Positions 40,817 to 57,877 of a stretch of 64,000 nucleotides of DNA are shown in pieces. A program made the translations under genes and the position numbers. Source of the stretch: Antedon mediterranea (lineage: Eukaryota > Animalia > Echinodermata). The stretch covers positions 24,983,722 to 25,047,721 of the forward strand of contig NC_092679.1 in NCBI RefSeq assembly GCF_964355755.1, given 5' to 3'. The notes under the pieces are model-generated. The model saw only the letters and a list, made by a program, of their open reading frames with translations, did not search any database and was not told the DNA's origin. Positions within the stretch are counted from its first letter, which is position 1; each line of letters opens with the position of its first letter.

Positions 40817-42600
40817 GCCTTCACATAATATACCTGTTTATTTGGAAATGAATAATATCAGCATTTTAATATTATTATTAACTCATTAAAACGTGCTGCA
40901 AAATTAGTTGACTGTATCCTTGTGTGATACAAACCATTTGGCAATTTCACTTAATAATGCCACAGTCTGCGCATTCTGTTTTTTGTCCGCTTTAATTGTT
41001 TTTGTAGACCTAATTAAATTTGTTTATGGACAGACATAACACCTACTCATACTGTATATATTGCGTGTAATATGTCTGTTTGTTATGGACAAACACATAT
41101 TTTAATTGGGGTCAACAAAAGTAATAGGAGGGCCTACAAAATTATGTTTTTTTGTAACTATCAATGCCAATGATTTATTTAGTGTTTTTGGAATACTGTT
41201 TCTTACATGTTTTATGTTATATTATAATATTGTAATAATAATGGAAATTTGTAAATGGACAGAAATTTTAACATGTAGGTTATTTTGAAATGTTTTCAGT
41301 AAATAAATTAAAACTATATTTCTTTATTTTATAAACAACTAATTTATCTGAAAGTTATGAGGGTTTAAATATTAATAAATAGGCCTAGTTCTTGTACTGT
41401 ATATTAAAAAAATGTCAGTTAATGCTCAGATTGTATACCCCATGTCAAAAATGATACATTCCTTAAATATAATAATTAAATCCAAAGGCAAATTACTGAA
41501 AAAACGACAATTCTGTGGGTATCAGTGACTGGCTCAATGGAGATACAAAAAAAAAAAGCGAAAAGCTAAATCAAAACGATAAAGATAATAACACATAATA
41601 ATTAATATCCGGGAAAATTTTCATTTAAAAATTTTGTTTAGCAATATTGCTAATCAAACTGATTTTTAAGTCGAGAAACATAGTTTTGTATATAATAATT
41701 AAAAATGTTTACTTTTATATTAAAAAAAAATGAAAACCTTTCTACTACTAGTAGGGCCTAGGCCTATCTAGGCGGGACCACCTAGACTATACTATTCTAG
41801 ATAGTTTAGGCCTAATAAGCTAGGCCCGGGAAGGGCAGGGAAAGAGCTTCTTAAAGAAGCCTAAGGTAAGCTAGGAAGGAGGAGGCATCCACTACAGGCT
41901 AGCCTAGGCCTACTACTACTACTACTAGCTAGGGAGCTAGACCTAGGTAGGAGCTAGCTAGCCCTAAACCTACTACTGCCCTAAATTTCTCATTACCAAA
42001 TTAGTTCTCTTTTCCCAACCTAACCACCAACAATACCACACCACACAGGGTGCAATTTGTCACGGGATACTGACAATTTTAACTAATTAAAGCTAAAATA
42101 TTCCGTCTGTAACAGTGTACTCTCTCTGATCCATCCCATTCACCATCCATCATCCCCCCACAAAAAAAAAACAGCGAGAGAGTTAGTGAAGCATGAAATG
42201 GTAGTCGTTGAATAAACATAAAGTAGGCGGAGCGAGCATGTGCAACGTATGGTGTGGCGCGGCCTAGATTGATGACTGACTGTCCCTGGAGAGAGAGGGA
42301 AGAGCTACTGGTTCAGGGACGATTCGGCCCGGGACTATTCGGCCCACTTTTGGTGGGACGATTCGGCCCACTTTTGGGCCGAAACATCCCACTTTGTGGG
42401 CCGAAACGTCTCACTTTAGACCAAATTCATATTCATTTTTTTGGGTATTTATCAAGTTTTTAAAGGTGTTTAACAATCCGTATTTTATTGATATTGACAA
42501 TTTTGATATAATATATATAATAAATTACTAAAAAAACGTAATTTTATATTCAATTTATTACTTCGAAAACCTTGTTTATTTCGTGCATTCGCCAAGCGGG

Positions 42601-43524
42601 CTGTCACGATAAATATGGTCCGGGGCCAAAATCGGTCCGGCCGGACCAGTTTTGGCTCTAAAATTGTGGCCAAAAGCAGTCCGCCACTGCCAAAATCGGT
42701 CCGGGCTTTTCTTCTGTCGATTTTAATTGAATTACTAGGCCTATGATGCTGTTTTAAATTGTTTATGGCTATAAAAATATCCCATGATATATATTAGTAA
42801 GTTATCTTGTCGGATAAATACTATAAATAAATGTATTTTATCTAAAAACATGACTTAGGTGTTCACTCATATTTCGGCCTGCCACACACTCACATGAACG
42901 GGTATGAGACGCTGATATTGCCAGCTAGATTTGATTTATGATTGAGGCCTTTTTCCTTTTCCTCAGCCTAATCAATATTGGATAATTTTTTTCTAATAAT
43001 TGTATTGAATTGATATATTGATTGATTAACCATAAATAATTAATAAATTAAATTGTTTTTAACATCATGGGGAAACGAAGATGTTAAAAAAGAACAAAAT
43101 GGATTAAAAACAGGCAGAGATACATATTGTATACAAAAAGCCTAACAATTAGTACTTATTATTGATGAGTTACTACTAATAATGATAATAAAAAAACAGG
43201 CTTAATTTATAATATTAAAATAACAAATAAAACCCCATAGTTTTCAATATAATGACTAATCATGGCCTTTTTTTTTTAATGATATATACATTATGACTCA
43301 TATTGCGCACCATATATTTGTAAGACCGGACCATATTTGGCGGCCAAAAACAGTCCTACTGCCCGGACCAATTTTATCCAGGCCGGACCAGTTTTGGCGG
43401 CCAAAATTGGTCCGGCCGGACAGGTTTTGGCAGCAGCCATAAATGGTCCCACGGACTGATTTTGGCAGCCAAAACTGGTCCGCCGGACCGATTTTGGCCC
43501 GGCGGACTGATTTTGGCGTGACAG
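42601..43524. mobile_element. Nested foldback-type MITE with ggtccg/cggacc subterminal repeats
   Basis: Termini ctgtcacg / cgtgacag. Repeated ccaaaatcggtccg-like units at both ends around an AT-rich core. No clear TSD. Confidence 0.6.
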
Positions 43525-43552
43525 AGGGCGTAAATTGTATACATCGTTCGCG

Positions 43553-45767
43553 CATGGAGGTATTATTATATGGGATCCAGTCAAGTCGCCCCATCGCAAA
43601 GTCGCCCCATACAAAGTCGCCCAATACAAAGTCGCCCCATCGCAAAGTCGCCCCAAAACAAAGTCGCCCCGGCACAGTCGCCCCATTACAAAGTCGCCCC
43701 ATCGCAAAGTCGCCCCAACGCAAAGTCGCCCCATCGCAAAGTCGCCCCAACGCAAAGTCGCCCCATCGCAAAGTCGCCCACGGTTTTATTTCGGAAGTGC
43801 CGCCGCTAGTAGTACGCTGTTTTAATCATATAGCGGTTGCGTTTGATATCGATTGCGTTGTTACTTTGGTCGCGCTAAATGTCGTATACATTATAATGTT
43901 TATCCAGCTATTATACATAATTTGTGTTTTAATTTTTATTTTACAGGTTATAATGGAGTGATGTGCTTTTTAAAAATCATTAAAAAATAGTCCCTTGTTT
44001 GAAAGTTCTAAAAAGATTTCGAAAAGATTATCCCTGATTTATAGTTTCGAAAATGTTAATTTAATATGATTTTAAAATTAGTTACCAGAGCCACAATTAC
44101 GAATCTTTCTTCAACCTACGCGTGGATACCAGCTCATTTTTTAGGATAATATAATAAGTGTATAAATAGTAGGCCTTCGTATATTTACAGTAGTTAAAAC
44201 AATAACAGCGTTGTAAGACAATAAATGTTATATAGGCTACTTATTGATCATTTTGCATTTATTGACAAGTTATGTGTCTATAGTTATTTAATTTTAATTA
44301 TGACTTTTCAAAATGAAGAAATAAAAAAAAGGGGATTTCTTCGCCGATATGATCGTTTTACACATGCAGGTATTTTAGTAAAATTAAAACGCTACATTTT
44401 GACCATGGAAAAACCATCGTACAGTATGATTATCGTGTGCGTGTTTTTTAAAAAGGGGAATCCCCGACGGGCAGCAGAAAGACGTAGCAGCTGTGAGAAG
44501 GAAACAGATACCAGAAGGAGCAGCTCCGATTGGTTTCAGAGAATGTTTCAGATTGCGAGTCGCTTTTTATTCAACAGCAGAATGATCATTTTACTGAAGA
44601 AATTCTTTTCAACCCTTTTGGTTATAGAACATTCTAATTATCATGCCTAATAAATATCCTCATATCGGGTGTTTATTTAATTTTAATAAACAAGACAGTG
44701 AAGAGGCACGGAATAATACGTACACGGACGTACGACGAATACACACATGCACGTCACCATTTACGACATAATAGTGGCGATATCATGATGCAATTTTATA
44801 ATGGATATAATGATGGGATTGCATTTCCAGGCTTATAATCAATGTTCATTGTAATACTATGTATATAATAGTAAACTGAATGTTTATAAATAAATTGTTT
44901 TACCTAATTTGTTGCATATAAAAAATAAAAGACACAGACGTAGCCTGCGTTCCCTATAAAATATTTCACATTTAAATTTATGTACTGTTAAATGACATTA
45001 TGCTGAATAATAGGCTTACTATAATCTTAAACTATGTTTACAAATTGTCATTTTTAAGGCACACATCTTTCTCTCATCATAGACCTCAGTGTAAAATAAA
45101 AACAAAAATCAATTATTAATATAGGCCTAATAATAATAAATATTCATCGACCAAAGTAAAAATAATCTAGATCGTATAGGCCTAACATCAATTTATCGCG
45201 ACCAAAATTAAACGCCACCGATTTCGAACGCGACTGATATCATCGTAAAACTCCGACGGGGTTTCCCCATCTTCAGATATGGTGCGTTGTAGTGCGACAA
45301 CGGCGGAGTAATTACGGGGGTTTCCCTCTGGTGAAAGCTAGAGCACGTTAGAGCGACCGCGGAGTGATTAGTTGGGGGCTTCCTCTCTGATGATTGGGGA
45401 GCGTGCCGATCGTGTGACCTGAGACTACATGGAGGGGCTTCCCCTTTTATGCCTACACGTTCCGTGTTATTTTGTGTATCATTGCGACATTTTACGCACT
45501 TTTAAACTATTTTTTAACGTTTGGGGCGACTTTGCGATGGGGCGACTTTGTGTTGGGGCGACTTTGCGATGGGGCGACTTTGCGTTGGGGCGACTTTGCG
45601 ATGGGGCGACTTTGTAATGGGGCGACTGTGTCAGGGCGACTTTGTTTTGGGGCGACTTTGCGATGGGGCGACTGTGTATGGGGCGACTTTGTATGGGGCG
45701 ACTTTGCGATGGGGCGACTTGACTAGCATCCACGAACCTTATTATATGTATATTTTATACCTCCATG
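43553..45767. mobile_element. 39-bp P-element-like remnant (probable excision footprint), interrupted by a MULE-like insertion
   Basis: catggaggta... / ...tacctccatg flanked by 7-bp TSD gttcgcg (43546-43552 and 45768-45774). Confidence 0.7.
43572..45738. mobile_element. MULE-like foldback element with ~200-bp TIRs made of ~16-bp aagtcgcccc repeats
   Basis: 43579-43779 is the reverse complement of ~45523-45725. 9-bp TSD ttattatat at 43563-43571 and 45739-45747. Confidence 0.8.
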
Positions 45768-46032
45768 GTTCGCGTGACTAAAAATTGATCATTTTCGACA
45801 ATGTTTTCAAAATGTTTGCTTTATTGCATCTTTAATGCATATCAAAGCCGATAAATTTAAGTGTGCCGAATCGTCCCGGGCCGAATCGTCCCAGGGCCGA
45901 ATCGTCCCGGGCCGAATCGTCTCAGGGCCGAATCGTCCCGTTACCGAGCTACTCACCTAGAGGCCTAGTATTACAATACTGTACTACTAGCCTAGCCTAG
46001 TATAATAGTAGGCTATATAGATAGTTAATAAA

Positions 46033-50516
<4,484 letters not shown>

Positions 50517-50850
50517 GGCTCTTCTGATATAATATGATATTGTTTATAACTCATGTCTGAAATTTTATATTGTTTATATATATGAGCAGGTAATGACCTA
50601 TTTCATTACCTGGTACTTTTGCAACAAAGAAATTCTAACCTTGTTACATTTATTTAACGCGACTCTATAGCTCAAACTTGCGCACGCGACTCCAGCCATG
50701 TATATGGCTTTGTTAGATTGTGAAAAAGTTCGATTTTTCTGGAAATCCTTTAAAGTTTTGTAAAAGAAACATCGATTACGATATTATTTCTAACAATGTT
50801 AATATAATATATGTTATTATCAGAAAATGTCATATAGTTTCAATGTTCTT

Positions 50851-51107
50851 TTAATATCTGGAAAGAATCCATGTCTAATTCAAGACTGAGTTCAGAATTG
50901 TCAGCCTGTATTAAATGACTCATTGACAACAAGTTATCCCTCCATATGTGAAAAACTGATAATATAATAACATAATATTAGGGAACCAAACATAAAATGA
51001 AAATGGGCGGGGATTTTAAAGTATACTGTGATGAAATCCTTATATAGTCATTAATCAAATACTTAGGGCGACCACTTGATGAAACTCTCTCAGGTGAACA
51101 AATATTA
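50851..51107 (+). pseudogene. Decayed non-LTR retrotransposon (CR1/L2-group) reverse-transcriptase fragment
   Basis: With stops and frameshifts it reads LISGKNP..LSSELSACIK*LIDNKLSLHM*KT..GTKHKMK..FKVYCDE..KYLGRPLDETLSGEQ, typical of the RT C-terminal region. Confidence 0.7.
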
Positions 51108-51659
51108 ATCCAAGAAGAAACACTTCAATATCCAGATATGCAAAGGAAACAATAAAATAAAAATCAACATTTACATTTTTTACGATTTATTTAAAAAAAC
51201 ATATGTTGGATTTTCTATTTGGGTGGTCACAGACTGCATTCGACCTACATTCTATGAATATGACTTTGATCCCATTTTCTTTACGAAGTTGCATGGCCCG
51301 AACCGAAAGTTACAAGAATCAATCCGAGCATACTGCTCGCTCGCGATTTATATTTTCGTGTAGGCTGTCATTTTCAGGCCAAATCGACTAGTGAGAGGTG
51401 CCATTTTATCATGAATTTTATATGCAAGAAGAGTACAATTTCCGACCAATTACCTAAAATCGCTTCACCAAAGCTCCCACCCGATGGGGGCCTGTCGCTC
51501 AAATATTTGGTGTCTACGCCTCCATTCCCTATTTAAAATTCAAGGCTACATATAGGAACTCGCCGAAAATTCGTGCGCAACAAGATTTCATGTTATCACT
51601 CACACCTACCTCATAAAATAAACATCAAACTTTGAACAGGTAAATTCTCTTTTAATCTT

Positions 51660-52110
51660 ATTTTACTCACAATTCCTAGTACAATTTGAGTTAATTCCAA
51701 CTTAAAATAACGCTATAGGAGCGTGTTAAAAATGACAAAATGCGCAAATTAATTGCACAAAAGTGCTGAAAATGGTAGAAAATAAGGGATTTTTAAAATG
51801 AAAATAGTTCCAGAATGCACGATAACCCCCAATTTTTTAAACTTATTCTGGAAGCCATTGAGTCGTCGATATGAATTTATTCACACATATGGCCTACAAA
51901 ATGTTGTGACGTCTTCAAATGGCCACTTTAATTTAAAATTTATGATTTTTCATCTAGGTTATCACATTCAATAGAGTGAATCTCCGTTATTTGAGCCCGA
52001 CTTTTGCTCAAATTTCAGTATGTTCTTGTTAAATTAATTAATTAATTTATCATGAGTTGCCACTATTTAGTTTTAATGACGTCATCGCGTGTAAAAACTT
52101 AAATAACGTA
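51660..52110 (+). mobile_element. Diverged relative of the HINE body at 15840-16310
   Basis: Collinear matches, e.g. tattctggaagccattgagtcgtcgatatg...tatggcctacaaaatgttgtgacgtcttcaaatggccac versus tattctggtagtagatgagttgcagatatc...tatggctaaccagacattgtgacgtcatcgtatggccat. Ends not defined. Confidence 0.6.
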
Positions 52111-52311
52111 CTGTAGGTTTCTCACAGCTTTTCAGAATTAAAGTTGACCTTCATAATTATAATTAAAATGTTACTGTTGATACTGTACATGGTTTTCGCA
52201 ATTTTCGTTAACTTTTAAGAATGAAAATTGACAAATTCATCATCATATTACATGTACTGTAGGTTTATACCTCAATGATCAAAACAATATTCCTCTTTAT
52301 AGTCTAGGCCT

Positions 52312-53145
52312 AGGAACAAACTCAGAACATACTCGGAACGTACTTGGGACATACTCGGAACATACTAGGAACATACTCGAAACATACTTGGAACATACCC
52401 GGAACATTCTCAGAACATACTGAAAACATTCTCGGAACATACTCGGAACATTCTCGGAACGTACCCGGAACATACTCGGAACATTTTCGGAACCTACCCA
52501 GAAAATACCTGGAACATACTCGAAACATACCCGGAACATACCAAGAACATACCTGGAACGTACTCGGAACATACCCGGGTATGTTCCGAGTACGTTCCGG
52601 TTACGTTCTGAGAATGTTCCGAGTTTGTTCCGGGTATGTTCCTAGAATGTTCTGGTTACGTTCCGGGTATGTTCCGGGTATGTTCCAGATATGTTCCGAG
52701 TATTTTCCAGAGTATGTTCCGAGTATGTTCCGGGTATGTTCCGGGTATGTTCAGAGTATGTTCCGGGTATGTTCCAAGTATATTCCGAGTATGTCCCGGG
52801 TATGTTCTGGGTATGTTCCGAAATTGTTCTGGGTATGTTCCGAGTATGCTCCGGGTACGTTCCGTGTATGTTACATACACGGAACATACTGGGAACATAC
52901 CCGGAACAAGTATGTTTCTAGTATGCTCAGAGTATGTTCAGAATATGTTCCGGGTATGTTAAGAGTATGTTCAGAGTATTTTCCGGGTTTGTTCCGGGTA
53001 TGTTCTGGGTATGTTCCGGGTATGTTCCGAGTATGTTCCGGGTATGTTCCGAGTATGTTCCACGTACGTTCTGAGAATGTTCCGAGTTTGTTCCAGGTAT
53101 GTTCCAAAAATGTTCCTGGTAAGTTACGGGTATGTTCCGAGTATG
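52312..53145. repeat. Subtelomeric 11-bp satellite (GGAACATACTC/CC) with orientation switches
   Basis: Forward 52312-52576, inverted 52577-~52870, short forward patch ~52875-52908, inverted again to ~53145. Confidence 0.92.
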
Positions 53146-53990
53146 TACTCGGAAATACTTGGAACAACTCGGAACTACTTGGAACTACTCTTAACAACTC
53201 GGAACTTCTCGGAACTACTCGATACTACTCGGAACTACTCGGAACTACTCGGAACATACCCGTAACTACTCTGAACTTCTCGGAACTACTCAGAACTAGT
53301 CGGAACTACTCGGAACAACTCGGAACTACTAGGATCTACTCGGATCTACTCGGAACTACTCGGAACTATTCAAAACTTCTCGGAACTACTTGGAACTACT
53401 CGACAATATTCGGAACTACTCGGAACTCCTCGGAACTATAGGAACTACTCGGAATTTCTCGGAACTACTCGGAACTACTCGGAAGTACTCAGAATTACAC
53501 AGAACTACTCGGAACTACTCGGAACTTCTCGTCACTACTCGGAACTTCTCGTCAGTACTCGGAACTATTCGGAACTACTCGGAACTACTCGGAACTACTC
53601 GGAACTACACGGAACTACTCTGAACTACTCTGAACTACTAGGAACTACTCGGAACTTCTCGGAACTTCTCGGAACTACTCGAAACTACTCGCCACTACTC
53701 GCCCCTACTCGAAACTACACGAAACTACTCGGAACTACTCGGAACTACTCGGAACTACTCGGAACTTCTCGGAAATACTCGGAACTACTATTTGGAACTA
53801 CTCGTCAATATTCGGAACTACTCGGAACTACTCGGAAATACTCGGAACTACTCGGAACTTCTCGAAACTACTCGTCACTAATAGGAACTGCTCGAAACTA
53901 CTCGAAACTTCTAGGAACTACTCGGAACTACTCGGAACTACTCGGAACTACTCGGAACTTCTCGGAACTTTTTGGAACTACTCGGAACTA
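53146..53990 (+). repeat. Subtelomeric 10-bp satellite (GGAACTACTC)n, proximal block
   Basis: Direct tandem array with point variants. Confidence 0.95.
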
Positions 53991-54628
53991 AACTGTCTAG
54001 ACTGTCTGTCTGTGTAGACTGTCTGTCTGAACTGTCTAGACTGTCTGTCTGTCTGTCTGAACTGTCTAGACTGTCTGTCTGAACTGTCTAGACTGTCTGT
54101 CTGTCTAGACTGTCTGTCAGTCTGTCTGAACTGTCTAGACTGTCTGTCTGTCTAGACTGTCTGTTTGTCTGTCTGTCTGAACTGTCTAGACTGTCTGTCT
54201 GTCTAGACTGTCTGTCTGTCTGAACTGTCTAGACTGTCTGTCTGTCTAGACTGTCTCTCTGTCTGTACTGTCTAGACTGTCTGTCTGTCTAGACTGTCTG
54301 TCTGTCTGAACTGTCTAGACTGTCTGTCTGTCTAAACTGTCTGTCTGTCTAGACTTTCTGTCTGTCTAAACTGTCTAGACTGTCTGTCTGTCTAGAATGT
54401 CTGTCTGAACTGTCTAGACTGTCTGTCTGAACTGTCTAGACTGCGTGTCTTTCTAGACTGTCTGTCTAGACTGTCTGTCTAGACTGTCTGTCTAGACTGT
54501 CTAGACTGTCTGTCTGTCTGAACTGTCTAGACTGTGTGTCTGTCTGAACTGTCTAGACTGTCGGTCTGTCTAGACTGTCTGTCTGTCTGAAATGTCTAGA
54601 CTGTCTGTCTATCTAGACTGTCTATCTA

Positions 54629-55333
54629 GGTCGTGTTCGTACGGTGGTTAAAATAAGCGCTTAATTTCACCCATGCCTCGGGTTATAAATTGAGCGTTGT
54701 TCGTACTTGAAATATTTAACCGCTTAAATGCTTAATCGACGAATCACAAACCGGAAATTACGTTTTAAGGTCAGTTGTCTTTACAACCTACGACCCCATT
54801 TTCGCACGCTAGTTTCGTGTTGTATATTTTTTACTCGCGATCTTTCTTTACAATAACAATTACTTGCTACCTTTTACACTGCTTATCCTTGCGACAAACC
54901 TTATGCCTCTTAACGCCGATAATCCTGCCGAAATATGCCTTCTCCTGACGACCATTATTTTACTCATTGGCGAAGAATTTGACGGAAACACCACCGACCA
55001 GCTAGGCCTACTACTAAACGGGGTGTATTCCTAAACGGTCTACACCAACAAGGACAGCACCAGCTGACAATCGCTCTCGAAGCGTGTATGGAAGAGCTTC
55101 GTAGGAGAAATGACGGGCCTAGGCAGCGAACGTTTGTCAAAATTTGACACATTGCCTCTATCGGAGATTTATTATCCTCGAAGGCCGAGTATAATTGGAT
55201 TATCGCTGAAATAACCTGCAAATTTGGTGAACATTTTACCTCGAATTTTTTGTAGCCTGAGGCAAAAGTTAATTGGGCCACGCGAACGGAAATCGGGAAT
55301 AAGCTGGTATTTTCAACCCCTACGAACAGGCCC
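54629..55333. mobile_element. PIF/Harbinger-like MITE inserted in the satellite
   Basis: Imperfect TIRs ggtcgtgttcgtacggtggttaaaata / tattttcaacccctacgaacaggccc. Probable 3-bp TSD (cta/ata). An empty-site satellite version lies at ~58575-58610. Confidence 0.6.
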
Positions 55334-55631
55334 ATAGACTGTCTGTCTGAACTGTCTACTGTCTGTCTGTCTAGACTGTCTGTCTATCTGTCTGAACTTT
55401 CTAGACTGTCTGTCTGTCTAGACTGTCTGTCTGTCTGAACTGTCTAGACTGTCTGTCTGTCTAGACTGTCGGTCAATCTGAACTGTCTAGACTCTCTGTC
55501 TGTCTAAACTGTCTAGACTGTTTTTCTGTCTAGACTGTCTATCTGTCTGAACTGTCTAGACTGTCTGTCTGTCTAGACTGTTTGTCTGTCTAGACTGTCT
55601 GCCTGTCTGAACTGTCTGTCTGTCTGAACTG

Positions 55632-56236
55632 CAGGCCCGTATGCAGCATTTATAATGGAGGGGTGCGAGCGAAGCGAGCAACAATGGCTGGGGGCCAGGG
55701 GGCCGCCAAGGGCCCCCCGGACAGGGTCCAGGGGCCGAAGGCCCTGGAAAAATTTGCGTTATTTGACGTTCTAAAGACTGATGTAAGACTCTCTGTTGTG
55801 GCTTGGGCTAGTTGAACGATGGACACCAGAACTTAACGCTTTCATGATGAGGCCAACTCAGTATATTATATTCCCCGACAAAAAGTACACGTGTTCCCTG
55901 ACGTTAAGTTGTCTGTATTTCTCCAGCAAACACTTTACCGCGTACCGCGTACATGAAGCGCTAAGCTATTGCTTGTCGTCACATGATCGACTGCGCATGT
56001 TTTACATCGAGTTTGTAGTCAGTTCAGATTCCGTAATTTAATTACCGGTATTTTTTCATTTTATATTAGCATATTTTTGTTTGTATACCATTGATAATGT
56101 AAATTTTGTATATATATAATGATATTGTCTTTAGTTAAACAAGACAAGAAAAAATACCAACCGAGGAAATAGTGGACCTTTTGGGACTTGGGGGGGTGCG
56201 TCTGCACCCAACGCACCCCCCCTGGATACGGGCCTG
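55632..56236. mobile_element. hAT5-like MITE, 5-bp TSD
   Basis: TIR caggcccgtatgcag / ctggatacgggcctg (14 of 15). Flanked by aactg at 55627-55631 and 56237-56241. Confidence 0.75.
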
Positions 56237-56254
56237 AACTGTCTAGACTGTCTG

Positions 56255-57877
56255 CAGTGGTGGCGCCAGCGGGGGGGGGGGGGGCTACGGGGGCTCTAGC
56301 CCCCTCGTCGGGGAGCCTAGCCCCCCCCGTCGGGGAACACGGGTACTTTTTGTCGGGGAATATAATAAACAGTAAAAAACGTTCGCGTTCACTTCATATA
56401 GCTTGTTCAGCGCCTAGAAAACCACGACGTTCCATTGACCGTGAGAGTACGTCAGAGGGCTATTATGCACTTTTATGCATTCATTTATTGCCAGTGATCT
56501 AACTTACTACTAAACATTAGCTAGCGCACTTGTCTGGCGGTATCCCTTTGTACGAATCGTTCAACGTTGGGTCGAGACGCGTGATATCAAGTTCCATCCA
56601 GGGACCAAAATGTGTAATGTAGTTATTTTCCAGGCGAAGTTTACCGACGGTTACCGAAGGGAACACGGGTACTTTTTGTCGGGGGAATATAATATACAGT
56701 AAAAAGCGTTCGCGTTTACTTCGTAGCTAGCTTCAGCGCCTAGAAAACCGCGACGTTTCATTGACCGTGAGAGTACGTCAGAGTGATATTATGCACTTTA
56801 TATGCATTCATTATTGCCAGCGATCTAACTTACTACTAAACAATAGCTAGGTTCGCACATGTCTGGCGGTATCCCTTTGTACGAATCGTTCAACGTTGGG
56901 TCGAGACGCGTGATATCATGTTCCATCCAGGGACCAAAATGTGTACTGTAGTTATTTTCTAGGCGAAGTTTACTGACGGTTACGTCGTGTACTGCGTCGA
57001 CGTACGCTACACTACAGCAAAAACGAATTATGTTAATTGTTCGTATGTTCACCAATTTTTTAATTTACAAGTAACCTTCTGTACCGTGGGGCACCTAAAA
57101 TAAATTTTTCATCCATTACTAAACAAAAAAACATGCCATTTTCGCTTAGCCAACATCTTATTATAGCTAAGTTATTACATTTTCAATGTCCTGTATGTCA
57201 TGAATTTCTCACCACTCGGAAGTCCAGATGGTACGCACGCATACACTTGGGAGGAATAAACTTATTTCCCCGACTGAAAAAGGTCTACGCTTGCGTTTTT
57301 TAAGCCTCTAGGCCTGATGTTTCCGAAGTATAAAATGCAATTTTTTGAAGACCTGCAGCTCTAGTTTTAAACAGTTTCTTAGCTCAGCCCCAACAATAAA
57401 GCTGGTCATATTTCGAAGTACAAGAAGTGCATTTTCCGGGACCTAACATCTCTATTTTTCAAACATTTCTTAGCTCAGTCACAACCTTGATAGGGACTTA
57501 TATATTTTGTTTCATGTTTTGAAGTATAATAAGTCCAATTTCCGGGACCTCCAACTCTATTTTTCTAAATTTTCTTTGAACTTTTATTTTTTAAATTGAA
57601 AAATATGGATTGAAACAGTCATCGCGCATCGTTTTTTTGCACGCAGTATTTTATTTATGCATTATAAAAAAATGGAAAAAATGGCTACCCTAAATCTGAT
57701 TAAAATGACCTCAAATGACGTTAGAATGCGTTGCTTCCGGGGACTTCGCCCCCTGGACCCCCACCGGGGCCCTTGGCGGCCCCCTGGCCCCCAGCCTAGT
57801 GATGCTCGCTTCGCTCGCATAGCCCCCTCGTCGGGGAATGTAGCCCCCGCGTCGGGAAGATCCTGGCGCCACCCCTG
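56255..57877. mobile_element. hAT-like non-autonomous element, 8-bp TSD, with an internal ~325-bp tandem duplication
   Basis: TIR cagtggtggcgccag / ctggcgccacccctg (14 of 15). TSD actgtctg on both sides. ~56331-56655 is repeated at ~56659-56985. Confidence 0.82.

Larger units (their letters stand above)
42310..45945. mobile_element. Composite DNA transposon (MULE/Merlin-like outer element) with repeat-rich TIRs and nested insertions
   Basis: 8-bp TSD gagctact at 42302-42309 and 45946-45953. Ends ggttcagggacgattcggccc / gggccgaatcgtcccgttacc, with tandem gggacgattcggccc subrepeats. Confidence 0.82.

Noticed and set aside
43291-45781. ORFs of 80-170 aa (WGDFAMGRL and KSPHRKVAP repeats, and 44225-44650)
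   Set aside because: They derive from the repeat-built TIRs or AT-rich interior; no transposase motif was recognised.
52297-53623. ORFs up to 365 aa with repetitive translations
   Set aside because: These are translations of the 11-mer and 10-mer satellites, open in several frames and both strands.
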